From the NCBI GenBank assembly GCA_028534125.1, contig CM052832.1, positions 9,178,001-9,242,000 on the forward strand: 64,000 bases of DNA, in the 5' to 3' direction. This DNA is from Lama glama. Its lineage: Eukaryota. The translations under genes were made by a program, and so were the position numbers. This document shows positions 1-12,136 of this stretch, one piece after another. Every line of letters begins with the position of its first letter. Position 1 is the first letter of the stretch. The notes under the pieces were generated by a model. The model searched no databases, was not told where the DNA came from, and saw nothing but the letters and a program-made list of their open reading frames with translations.

Positions 1-689
1 TTCATTTGCTATGAATTTAAATCATTAATTCAGGAAAAAAAGCATCTCATATGATATTTTTTCTCCTTTTTGTCTGTTAATAAATTGAACTATGCCATTG
101 ATTTTTTTTTCTCAAATGTTATACTACTCTTGCATTAAGGAAATAAACCAAACTTGGGTGTGATGTATTACTCTTTTTCTGTATTGCTTAATTCAATCTG
201 TATAACTTTATTTATGACAGAGATTAGATGGTAATTTTCTTTTTTTTAATTGTTGGGTTTTGGTATCAAGATTATAGAGGATGTAAATACACTGACAAGT
301 ATATTCTCTTTCTCTGTTTTCTGGAAAAAGTTATGTAATATAGTATTATTTCTTTCTTAAACATTTGGAAGAATTCCCCAGGGTAGCCTTTGGGCCTGGG
401 GATTTCTTTGTAAGATCTTTATAATAATTAAATCTATGTTTTTTCTTAGGAATTCATTCATTTCATCCAAATTTCCAATTACATTGATTTAATTTGGTCC
501 TAATACTGCCTTGTTTCCAAATATCTCTAAGATCTGTAGTTCTTTGTGATTCTTCTTAAGTTAAAATTCTTCTATTTTTTAAAATTAGACTTTCCAGAGA
601 TCTATCCTCCACCCCTTTTTTGTTTTTCTCAATGAAAAAAAGTTTTGGTATTTTTTTTTCTACATTTACTTTGTTTACGTAAGTACTTG

Positions 690-1230
690 TATTACAATGG
701 CCCTTCAGGTCTGGCACTATCAACATCCACCTTCCTCCCATTCCCAAACTCAATGTCCCCATGGACCATTCTCCTCCTCACTCAGTCTAGCAACACTAGC
801 CTGTTTTGAGTTCTTTCTTCCAAAATGCCCAAAGCACAATGATGTCAGTCAGAACTTTCAGACTTGGTGTTCTCTCTGCCCAGGAAGCTCTTCCATCAGT
901 TGGTCACATCACTTACTCCCTTACTTCCTTCAGGGCTCTGTTTAAACAATACCTCTCTGAGGGGCTTTTTCTGATAATGTATAAAATATGACCCTTCCAC
1001 TGTCACTCTCTAGCCCCTTAACCTGCTATCCTACTTTATAGCACTTATCAATGCTTATTTATAATAAACAGTATTATATATCTGTCTCTCCCCAATTAGG
1101 CTATAAATTAAATTCTAAGGGAACAAGGATTTTTCTCTGTTTTGCTTACTGCTATATTTATCTACAGAGCCCCAAACAGTACCTTAGTTAATAAAAGTAC
1201 CCAATAAATATGGTTTGAATAAATGAATAA
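690..1230 (+). mobile_element. L2 3' fragment
   Basis: Ends caataaatatggtttgaataaatgaata, a typical L2 terminus. Confidence 0.7.
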
Positions 1231-1259
1231 CATATGCTCTTTGTCTAGTGTTTCTAACT

Positions 1260-2320
1260 AAAGGAGTCAGAGAAGAAACAAACATAAAAAGGTGAAATAT
1301 CAGAAAAAAATTATTTGCAGATTACTAGAAATTCAAAGGAATCAACACAAAATATTAGAAAAAAATGTTAAGAAAACCAGATAGATACAAGATGGATATA
1401 TAAAAATCAGTAGTTTTCTTACATGTTAGTCATAATGAGATTGAAAATATGAATGATTTACTATAGTATCAAACATATAAAACACAAAGACTTAATTAAA
1501 AATGTGTAAGACCTGGGCAGGGAGGGGAGTGAATGAAGGGCCGCAAATGGCAAAATATCCTTCTTTCTTATGTGTGAGTTGTATTCCATTACATACATAT
1601 GCTACATATTTTTTATCTGTTCATCTTTTGATGTGCACTTAGGATGCTTCCGTATCTTGGCAATTATAAATAATTTTTATGTTAATAGCAGGGTGTATGT
1701 ATCTATTTGAATTAATTATTATTTCATGGTTGGCTTTATTCCTTTGGTAACTATGTAAGTTAAAAAAGCTAAATCTCTAAATGTTCTTAGAAACAATGAA
1801 CAGTACATATATGTAAATTAAAAAGTATGTGCAGTATATTGTGTATATGTATTTACATGCAATATATTGTATATGTGCAGTCAAATCGTAACAACTCTAC
1901 CTAATAAAACTGAAAACTGAAAAAAAATCAATATTCACCTGATCCCAAATAAATCACTAGGTTTTAAAATATGGGAAAAAAAATGCTGTAAGACCCATCA
2001 CAAGAGAACTATGAAGCTTTTACTAAGAACATAAAAGAGGACACATTATGTTCCTAGATGGAGATATTCAATATTGCAAAGATATCAATTCTTCCCAAAT
2101 TATCTATAAATACAATGTACCTTTTCAGTCAAAAATCCTAATGTGCTTTGGATATTGACAAACTGATTTTAGTTCTTCTTAAAAGATAAAAGGACCTAGA
2201 ATAATTAAGAAATTTTTGGAAAAGAATAATGAAAGGAGATTTAGCTCTGTAAAATAATAAAATGGATATGGCACAGAAATGGACAAAGGATCAATGGAGG
2301 AGAGAAACACAGATTTGAAT
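1260..2320 (+). mobile_element. Old L1 ORF2 fragment with a nested younger L1 insertion (1514-1978)
   Basis: L1 ORF2-like sequence interrupted between aaaaatg(c)tgtaagacc repeats. Confidence 0.7.
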
Positions 2321-3834
2321 ACACGTGGGACTGTCTGAGGCTTCTCCAACTCATCCCTGACTAAACTGAAAGCACTGCTTTCCCTCTTTACAAGTTCTAC
2401 TCATTCTCCTAAACTTCTGTGCAAGTGGCACAACATCTACTTGGTTACAAGTCAGAAACCTGGGAATCAACTTTACACTTTTTCCTCAAACCCAACAGCC
2501 AATCACTCATTGAACCCGACACATGGCCGTTCTGTAGATTTTATTGCCTACATATCTCTCACAACTTCCACACCCGCTGCCACGATCCCAGTTCAAGTTA
2601 CCACCAATTCCTGTCTGGATCATTGCATTAGCTTCTAATTAGGTTTCCCACCTTCACTACTGTCCCTGCCAATTTGTTCTCCAAATTACACAAAGCATCA
2701 TCTTCTAAATATCACAAATGTGATGATTTAAGTGCCACCTAAAACTCTTCAGTGCCTTCCAATGCTCTTAATATAAAAACCAAAAATCCTTAATTTGGTC
2801 TAAAATATCTCATTAGTGGATAAATAGACTTCAGACAGCTTCAGTTGTCCCAGAATATATTGCTGAACATACAAGTAATCTGGGGAAAAAACAGTCACTA
2901 AAAAAAGAAGCTGGAACATACACCTTGTTAATACAATAACTGTAGAATACTCTTAACTCTACATAATTAGGTCCCTGCCTATGTTTCTGTTTTCATTTCA
3001 CTCTGTGTTCAAGGATCTTCAACTGTACCAGCTTTCCTTCTCTTCCCTTTATAGGAACTTCCCTACTTTAGGATTTTCTCAAGTGCTGGTTCTTCTACAT
3101 GGATTCCTCTTAACAATTCTGCATAAAGTTACCTTCCCTAGAGAATCCCCTCTGAACTGTGGAAAAAGGTCAGATGTCTCTGCTATTTTCTCTCAAAACA
3201 ACAAAATTCTCCAGTTTTTATTATAATTTTAATTAACCATTTATGTGAGTTTTTCCTACTACTGTAAGTTTCAAGAAGGCAAGGATCATGCCTGTTTTTG
3301 TTCACCACTGCATTTCCAAAGGCTAGAACTATGCCTGATAAGTAACAGGTGCTCAGTAAATTTTTGTTAAATATGAATTTTAATTACTGAACTGAACTAA
3401 AACATAGTGATGCCTTCTGAAACAACTAGTGAAACTTAGTACAAAAATCACCCAATCGTCATGATTCAGTTGCCTTAGTTATCCCCTCCTTTAGTAGGGA
3501 AAAGGAGACTTTTCAAAATGTGAGATTATATACAATATGCTGTTTCTAATGGATAGATTTGTTAAACTAATGAGCTTAATTTTAACTCATTGGTTCAAGA
3601 CCTGAGGGAAGTACTATGAGAAAGTACAGGTTAAATTCAAATGACTTTTTCCTCCAGATTACATATTCAAAGATACATGTTTTAGTATGACTGAAAGAGT
3701 TTGAAGTACAATCGTTCATTAAGAAAACAGTATTCTATTCAGGAATATATTCAGATCTCAGTTTTCTATTACTTTAAGGCTTTACTTCTATTAATGGAAA
3801 ACAAGAAAGTTCTTCTTAGTCTTTTGGTACTTAC

Positions 3835-3933
3835 AAGTGAAGGGACTGTGAATATCTGAACCGAGAGGTCTGTGATTGAAAACTCTCTGTCGTGGTCATC
3901 TGTCACATAATCACTCTGCAAACGCTCATAGTT
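3835..3933 (-). CDS. UBR2: UBR2 alternative exon 11b (99 nt, [33 protein letters not shown])
   Basis: TAG acceptor, GTAAGT donor; same length and phase as 11a, 19/33 identical residues by manual alignment. Confidence 0.92.
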
Positions 3934-4003
3934 CTATTAAGAAGGCAAAAAAAGGCAAGAAGTGCCAGCTATCAGTTACAAAGAAAAGGCAAGCACTACT
4001 CAC

Positions 4004-4102
4004 CAGAGTAGGTGCGGTGAAGAACTGGACAGACAGAGCAGTCACGGACACTGCTCGCTCGTGATCATCCTCCATAAAATCTCTCTGCAACTGCTGGTAA
4101 TT
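4004..4102 (-). CDS. UBR2: UBR2 exon 11a (99 nt, [33 protein letters not shown])
   Basis: TAG acceptor, GTGAGT donor, phase 0-0. Confidence 0.95.
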
Positions 4103-5044
4103 CTAAACAACAAGGGGGAGATGCACCTCTAATCCAAAATGACCAAATGTTTACGGATTATAATGAAAAATCAGTGCTGGAGGAGTCAATAAGGTATGCT
4201 ATGAGAACGATAATTGGAATGGTCTCTACCAATTAAATTATATACAAATATTGATTCACTACACAATGTTTTTGAGCACAATGGCAGTTTGTGAGCTCAA
4301 ACAGGAGCAACAGCTACTAAAATCCTGGGACGTTACTGTACACAGGTGGAGCTAAATCACAGCAGCTTTACACTGTCTCTGATGAAACCAGACTTCCATT
4401 ACTTCTGGATGCCTATCAGAGTCACCTGATGGCTCTTTCAAACTACACATGCTTGGGCCCCATTCTTGGTGAATCTCTTTCAGTAGGTTTGAGAAGGAAA
4501 TGCAAACACATGTATTTTAAAAGAGCTCCTCAAATGATTCTTATATATTTCCTTGGTTAATAACTCCTAATTCAGGTTAAAAAAAAAAAGTAGTTAGCTT
4601 ACTCACATGCTGCTGAAAGGGAGAAGAACATAATTCAACAATATCAGCAACCTAGAGTTCATGATTCTTAAATCACGTCCACATCCACATGTCACTTCAA
4701 CTAAGATCATCTTTTCCTTACACAATATTTAATAGGAAAAAATACCATAATTCACAATGGCATAGGTTTAAAGCCTTCATTTATCATTTCTTATCACACC
4801 CACTGCATAGATGGATATTCATATTATCATGGCAGGTGATAAGAAAAGTCCCACTGCTAGAATGTTATTCTATTGGTAAAAGATAAAACGATCATTTATG
4901 AAGTTTCTTAGAACTTAAAATCAGCACCCTGACATATTACTGTTAGAGGCTAATTTTACAAAGCCTGGATATATATAATCATTGACTATAGTTATTCTGT
5001 ATATAACCTATTTTATTAATCTTCAAAAGTGAGAAACTACTTAC

Positions 5045-5133
5045 CTTTGCAAATCGAATAGCAAACAGTTTCTTGTATTTCAAATCCATAAGTAGACTGC
5101 TCATGAACAACTGATGATACACATTCCTAGCAC
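5045..5133 (-). CDS. UBR2: UBR2 exon 10 (89 nt, GARNVYHQLFMSSLLMDLKYKKLFAIRFAK)
   Basis: AAG acceptor, GTAAGT donor; ends in phase 0. Confidence 0.96.
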
Positions 5134-5517
5134 CTTTTACCAAAAGAGCAGATGTAAGGTGAGGACATATCAAATAAGCCGAAAATTACATTTCCAGTTT
5201 TTATATGATCAAATGTATTTTAAGTCTCAAGAGCAAAACTCTACATGTGTTCCTTAATACAAAATATGTGCAGTCTGCTGCTTAAAATATCACTTTTCAA
5301 AATATGTTTTCTAAAAAAAAAAAAAAGGGGGGTTATTTAATTTGGGTAATGGATCTCCAAATCTGCTTTTTGGCCAAAGAATAAGACTGCATGTATTAAT
5401 TCTAAAAACCATTAACATATTTATTAAATGCCTTCAAAAATGGAAAAAAAAAAAACCTTGACATCCCAGTTACCTATGTAAATTCCCCTATACCTTAAAA
5501 GTAGTTAAGATACTTAC

Positions 5518-5625
5518 CTTTCCACAATTTAGAATCACTAAGCATCAACCTATCCACTAGAGAAGAGTTTTCACCATCTGGCCCTTCTTGTAAACCAACT
5601 TGACATAAAATTCGGCGAAGGCCAT
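5518..5625 (-). CDS. UBR2: UBR2 exon 9 (108 nt, DGLRRILCQVGLQEGPDGENSSLVDRLMLSDSKLWK)
   Basis: AAG acceptor, GTAAGT donor; phase 1 to phase 1. Confidence 0.96.
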
Positions 5626-7370
5626 CTTAAAACAGGAAGAAAACTAGTCATGAAATAGTAACTTCAAATATTACAATAAAATGACACATTAGTAGAAATA
5701 TTCAAATGGATCTACTGCAGAGTTTATATGTTTTTTACTAAAGGTCAAATTTATTCAGAAAAAGTAAACATATTAACTATTTTATTAACATTTTCATAGA
5801 ATGGAAGAAAATTCTAAATCTTGCATTATATACTAATGCTTAGTCCACAATACCAAAATATATGCCTATCAGAAAGGCAATGACTTCTTATGCATAAAGA
5901 ATTTAAATAAATAACAAAGAACCCAAAAGCCACTAAAATAAACATCATTCTTTAAGCACCTATGCTAATTAAATCAGGTTATAGTAAAACCATTACATAT
6001 CCCATGATAACTGAAGATAGGTATAATATAAAATTGTGCTACCATTTAAAAGAATGTAAGACCTCTGTACTATAACATATGCCAGTCCATTTTATTAATA
6101 TTATGTAAAATATTCTTCATTAAACAAAAATACACTGTGTACTTATGTATACCTACTATATAAGAGGCTTTGGAAGACAAATTCCTACATCTTCAAAATG
6201 TTAAACTTAAAAAACTTCAAATATTAATATAAGTATTAACAAAACCAGAACTTTAATGTATTTTAGTTATGTATTTTATATATAAAATCATTGTTTTTAA
6301 AGTCTTTCTACAAGCATGCAAAATAATCTGAAAAAAAAAAAAAAAAAACCCCAGTAATTTAATTATAAGAGCCACCAAACAGAAATGGTTTGCAAGGCTA
6401 AAGATAAAAATCTTATACAAGTATTAAATAATAGATGATAAAATCTTTAAATTATTCATGGTAAATTTTCTCAAAGAAAATTTCCAGCAGAAAATTGCTT
6501 CCATGATACTATGTACTAATACTGTAGCACAGTACTTGGCATACAGATATTCAATGGAAAACACCAGAGCCAAAAAAAAATGAGGACAGGAAAAATAACT
6601 GGAAAGGCATTTGAAAGGCAAGCAAACATGTTCTCCTAAATTTTCACACCTCCATATTTTCACCTGTCAGTTCACAGTGTGGCAGTATTCTTTTTAATAG
6701 CCTTTTAATACAAATGTTTTAGAAATTTTCTTTATAGCAAACATTGGAATGTAATTTATTCAAACCACCTGATCTGCCTAAAGAACAGTACGATAGATAG
6801 CTTAGAACTATTCCTATTTTACTCTTCAGTGTTATACAACAAACTTCGACTTTTGACATTGGGCATGGGGGTTCTTAATTCTGTTACCACTACATTTAAA
6901 AGATTATCTGATTTGTAGATAGATTGCGGGAAAACAAAAAACCAAATATACAGTAACTTCAAATTAGCAAATTTTCAGAGTTGCAAATAACCAATAACCA
7001 CAAGTTGCAGAAATCAAAACAAAGACATCCTCTTAACAGCTAATCATTTAGGTTTTAGCTATAGTAGTGTTTTCAAGCTTGCTCAGCAGAACAGAGTTCC
7101 ACAGGACGCTATATAAAAAAAAAAAGTTCTTTTATCTTTTGTAAGATTTAGATTTCATTAACAGTCATTTACAATTGTTTAACCCATTGTTTCCTGCCTT
7201 TATTTGAACAGATTCCTCTGTATGCATATAAAAAAGGTCCTGTGGATCAAAATTTGGGAAACACAGGTTTTTCCTGTGTATAAAGATACTTGCTATTTTT
7301 TCCAAAACAGTTTTGCAAGGGCGTATGAGCTCATTTTTAAATCAATTAGCACAAGCTTTTATGAACCTAC

Positions 7371-7491
7371 CTGAATATCCAATAATACTTCCCAGCCAAG
7401 ACAATAGTTTCAAACCAAAATTCTGATGTGCGACAATAGACGAATGCATAACTTGAACTTTGAGTGGCTTTGTCTGTCTACCGGTATTTCT
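7371..7491 (-). CDS. UBR2: UBR2 exon 8 (121 nt, RNTGRQTKPLKVQVMHSSIVAHQNFGLKLLSWLGSIIGYS)
   Basis: AAG acceptor, GTAGGT donor; matches recalled UBR2 sequence. Confidence 0.96.
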
Positions 7492-7905
7492 CTTAAAAAA
7501 AAATGGCAGGATGAAAAAACAAACTTAAAAAGGCTATTTTAAGGAAAAAAGTTAATATTTCTATTTAATATAACTACACTCTTATCATCATAAGGGAGTT
7601 TTTCATGTATGTGTGTATGAAAAAGTACCATTTGGTATTACTCAGATCCTAATTTTCTACAAGGAATCTTAGGATTCTTACAAAAAACTAAGAAGTTACA
7701 GTTTATGAGCAACCTGAATCTTTGGTCCTATATTTGAAAATCTGTCCCACTAATTAAAAATTATTTAAATACTTAAAATTGGCTTTATGTCTTTAATTTC
7801 TTAATGCAATTACACACTTATTTAAATGATTTACTTCACTGCACAGATGTGATCACGTTATCCATACTTCTTAAAAAATTGTAGTAAATACACATAAAAC
7901 TTTTC

Positions 7906-7991
7906 CCATCCAAGTACTAACCAGGCCCGACCCTGCTTAGCTTCCAAGATCAGACGAGATCAGTTATGTTCAGGGTGGTATGGCCGTAGCC
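7906..7991 (-). pseudogene. 3'-truncated 5S rRNA retropseudogene
   Basis: Minus strand GGCTACGGCCATACCACCCTGAAC...GGAAGCTAAGCAGGGTCGGGCCTGGTTAGTACTTGGATGG matches 5S rRNA nt ~1-86; flanked by cacataaaacttttc at 7891-7905 and 7992-8006. Confidence 0.93.
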
Positions 7992-8544
7992 CACATAAAA
8001 CTTTTCAACTTAACCATTTTTAAGTGTGCAGTTCAATAGTGTTAAGTACACACTGCTGTATAATCAACCTTCAGAACTCTTCCTCTTGCAAAACTGAAAT
8101 TCTGTACCTATCAAACTCTAGGTATCTTATACAAGCAGAATCATACGTTATTTATCTTTTTGCGACTAGCTTATTTCACTCAAAGTTCATCCATGCTTTA
8201 GCATGTATCAGAATTTTCTTTCTTTTTAAGTCTGAATAACATTCTTTTGTATGTGTATAGATTTTGTTTCCCATTCATCCATTGATAGACACTTAAGTTG
8301 TTTCTACCTTTTGTCTACTGTGAATAATGCTATTATGAACGTGAGACCCTGCTTTCAGTTCTTTTGTATATATATTTAGAAGCAAAACTGCTGGCTCATA
8401 TGGTAATTCTATTTTTAATTTTTAGAGGAACCACCATACTGTTTTCTGTAGTGGCTGCATCATTTTATATTCCCACCAACAGTGTACAAGGGTTCCAATT
8501 TCTCCATATCCTTGCCAACATGTATGATTTTGATACTGGGTTTC

Positions 8545-8642
8545 TTTCTTTCTTTTTTTTTTTTTGTATTTTTAGAGGAGGTACTGGGATTGAACTCTTG
8601 GCGTCAAGCATGTGCTCTACTGCTTGCGCTATATCCTCCTCC
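8545..8642 (-). mobile_element. tRNA-derived SINE (Vic-1-like)
   Basis: A/B-box tRNA-Ala-like head plus A-rich tail, nested in an old L1. Confidence 0.75.
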
Positions 8643-10199
8643 ATACTTTTTACTTTCAAGAGCTGAAAATTAGTTTTTTCTCCCATAAAAATAACAAAAA
8701 TTTATAAATGACTATTGTTTTTAAGAGCCATCCTAATGGCTCTTAAACGGCACCAAATGAGGTGGCATCTCCTCAAGATTTTTACTTGCATTTCCCTAAT
8801 GATAAGTAATGTTGAGAATGTTTTCATGTGCTTTGGCAATCTGCATATCTTCTTTGGAGAAATGTCTATTTAAGACTATCAAAATTTTTATTTAACATGT
8901 TCCCCCCTCTTTTCCTTTTTTGCTTGGATCATCTTTATACCCACCATCTCCGTAACCCACATTAACACAGTATATCTTTGCATATTTTATGCATCTATAA
9001 GTATTATATATGTAAACATTTACAGAGATTTTTATTTGATTTACAAAAATGGGATACTACACATACTCTTTTGCATCTTTATGTTAACTTTTTTTTTTCT
9101 TTTTTGGTTAACAACTCGTAATATTCTGTGGTGTGGATTTATTTCAACATTGTCTAGAGATGGGCATTCATATTCCCTTTGTTTTCAGTCTTCTGTGACC
9201 ACAAAAAAAGTAGGGCTGAACATCTTTGTACATACTCTACTGGTGCTTATATTTTTATGGGATACATTCCTAGGAGAGGTAAAACTTTTAATAGATACTA
9301 CTAGATTGTTTTTCCAAAATGCTGTAGCAATTTATTTTCACACGAGTATTTCTGTTCTCTGTATTTCTGCCAGCAAGGTATTTTGTCACTCTAATTTTTC
9401 CATTGTGTTGGGTATGAAATCTCTCTGCCATTTTTCTGATTACTAGTGAGTTGGAGTCTCTTTTCATATATATTTAACCACTGAGATTTTCTCTGTTGTG
9501 ATTGTCTTTTCATATTCTATGTCTATTTTTCTGTTTTGTTGTCTGTTCCCTACTTGATAATCGATGAATGCTGTTTACCATAAATATTAAATGTCTATCC
9601 TCTGTGTTAGAAATAACTTTTCTAAATCTACCATTTGCCTGTTGACTTTGTTTATGTACTATTTTGCTATGTAAACTTTTTATGTAGCCAAAAAATAAGT
9701 TTTCTTCCTAATTTCTGGGGTTCTAGTCTTAATTAAGAAGCTCTCCTCCTCTCTTTGAATATATTTGTAGTTTCTGAGATTTTCCTTATACTAGTATCTA
9801 TTTCTGGACTTTCTATTCTACATTATGAATATAGTTTATCTATGTAGACACTACCAGAGATTACAAATACTATTATTTTAAGACCAAACTGAAACAATAC
9901 TATGAAGCAACAAATGTAAAGGCAAAAAAATGCCCTTTCCTTTACTGAGATTCATCTATTATAAACATTTTATCCCAACTGCCTTATCGTTTGCACGTTA
10001 TCTTTCTTTCTCCATACACAAATACATGCACATGTATTGTAAAAAATAAAGAAAAGAACCACTGATGGTAAGTTATATGCATCATGCATCACATCCCCTT
10101 ATTCTTAAATACTTCAATATATATTTCCTAAGAATGGGAATGCCCTTTTGCACAACCACTGTATGGTTTTTGATGCATTATTATATAATTTCTGATGTA

Positions 10200-11270
10200 T
10201 TATTAAGTTGAACATGTCTAGATATCAAAAAGAAATTCTTAAATAAGATATGAAATCATAAAAATACATTTTGCTACATTAAAATTTAAAGATTTTGCTC
10301 AATGAGAGTTACCACAAATAAGCTTAAAATAAGTCTTATATTAGGAGACTATATTTGCAACAAAAGATCAGGATTCAGATTATGCAAAGAAAACCTAAAA
10401 TGAGTAAGAAAAAGACAAATAACCCAATAGAAAAAAATGGGTAAAGGGTATGAACAAGAAATTCACAGAAAACTTAAATGCAATACAAAAACATGATATA
10501 AGATACTCAGTAATTAAGGTAATGCATGTTTAACTGATGAGATGCCATTCATATATATCAAGTTGGCAAAAATTTTTAAATTTGACAATATATAGTTATG
10601 ACAAAGTGGTGGAGATATGGGAACTCTCACATACCTGCTGGTCAGAATGTAAACTGGTATCACCATTTTGGAGATTGACTTGGCAAAATCTAGTATAGCT
10701 GAAAATGTTCATACTCTAATAACTCAGAAATTCCATTTCTTGGTATATACCCTAGAGAAACTTTTGCATTCATGCCACAAGAGGACAAAAGAATGTGCAA
10801 AAGCAGGACTGATAGTCATAGAAAAAAACTAGAAATATCCTAATTATCCATCAACATGAGAATGGAAAAAATATGGTATAGTTATCAATGGTATACTTTA
10901 CAGATATACATATCAACATAGATAAATCTAGAAACAACACTGAAAAAGCAAGTTGCAATACAACACATTCAGTATGAATCTTTTTATATATTTAAAGACC
11001 TTCAAATCAATACATAGAATATTGACAGATATTTAATAGATGACATAAAAAGGCATGCATGAAAATGAAAAATGAATTAATGAAAGTAGTTATCTCTTGG
11101 GAAGGAGGAAGGGGAAAGGGATTCAGAAAGGATAATACGGGGGTCACTATACTATTATAATTATTTAAAATTAAGTATGAAGAAAATAAGGTATAATGTG
11201 GCACACAGGCGTTCATTGTGTTCTCTCTATTTTTACATGCATATTTAAAAGATTTCACAATGTATAAAAT
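10200..11270 (+). mobile_element. Old L1 ORF2 end / 3'UTR fragment
   Basis: Typical L1 3' motifs such as gtaaactggtatcaccattttggag and ttccatttcttggtatataccc. Confidence 0.72.
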
Positions 11271-11400
11271 CACTTTTAAAAGGACACTTACATAAAATTC
11301 AGTTACATGGAATAGTTAAAAATAATAAATTCTAACCTTTAAAAATAAATCTAAATGTGGGGAATAGTCTTCTTTCAGATAAATTATACACTAAATGCCA

Positions 11401-11900
11401 NNNNNNNNNNNNNNNNNNNNNNNNNNNNNNNNNNNNNNNNNNNNNNNNNNNNNNNNNNNNNNNNNNNNNNNNNNNNNNNNNNNNNNNNNNNNNNNNNNNN
11501 NNNNNNNNNNNNNNNNNNNNNNNNNNNNNNNNNNNNNNNNNNNNNNNNNNNNNNNNNNNNNNNNNNNNNNNNNNNNNNNNNNNNNNNNNNNNNNNNNNNN
11601 NNNNNNNNNNNNNNNNNNNNNNNNNNNNNNNNNNNNNNNNNNNNNNNNNNNNNNNNNNNNNNNNNNNNNNNNNNNNNNNNNNNNNNNNNNNNNNNNNNNN
11701 NNNNNNNNNNNNNNNNNNNNNNNNNNNNNNNNNNNNNNNNNNNNNNNNNNNNNNNNNNNNNNNNNNNNNNNNNNNNNNNNNNNNNNNNNNNNNNNNNNNN
11801 NNNNNNNNNNNNNNNNNNNNNNNNNNNNNNNNNNNNNNNNNNNNNNNNNNNNNNNNNNNNNNNNNNNNNNNNNNNNNNNNNNNNNNNNNNNNNNNNNNNN
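11401..11900. other. Assembly gap (500 N), probably containing UBR2 exon 7
   Basis: N run lies between exons 6 and 8; the expected exon 7 peptide was not found in either flank. Confidence 0.85.
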
Positions 11901-12136
11901 TCAAAACTGAATTATTTCTAATCACTGGGTAGGATGAGGGCAACTGTATCTACATTTTCTCCTGAACTTTCTGACAACAGCTTAGAGTTATGCCCAATGT
12001 ATATGTGGGCCAATATTCATTTGAAGTTAAAAAAAAAAACATATATATATACACCTCTAACTTAATTTTCTAGGTTAATTGGTCTGTATTAACAGTTTAA
12101 TTTATTATGTGACATCAGTATAATGACATTACTTAC

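Larger units (their letters stand above)
7875..8880 (-). mobile_element. L1M 3' fragment (hosts the 5S pseudogene and a SINE)
   Basis: ORF2 C-terminal remnant ([16 protein letters not shown]) and typical L1M 3'UTR. Confidence 0.8.

Noticed and set aside
5134..5170. TCCTCAC upstream of exon 10 as a U12-type branch point
   Set aside because: The matching donor is GTAAGT (U2 type); none of the visible donors is RTATCCT.
11332..11943. Long ORFs spanning the N gaps (also 62566-63221)
   Set aside because: Artefacts of translating Ns.
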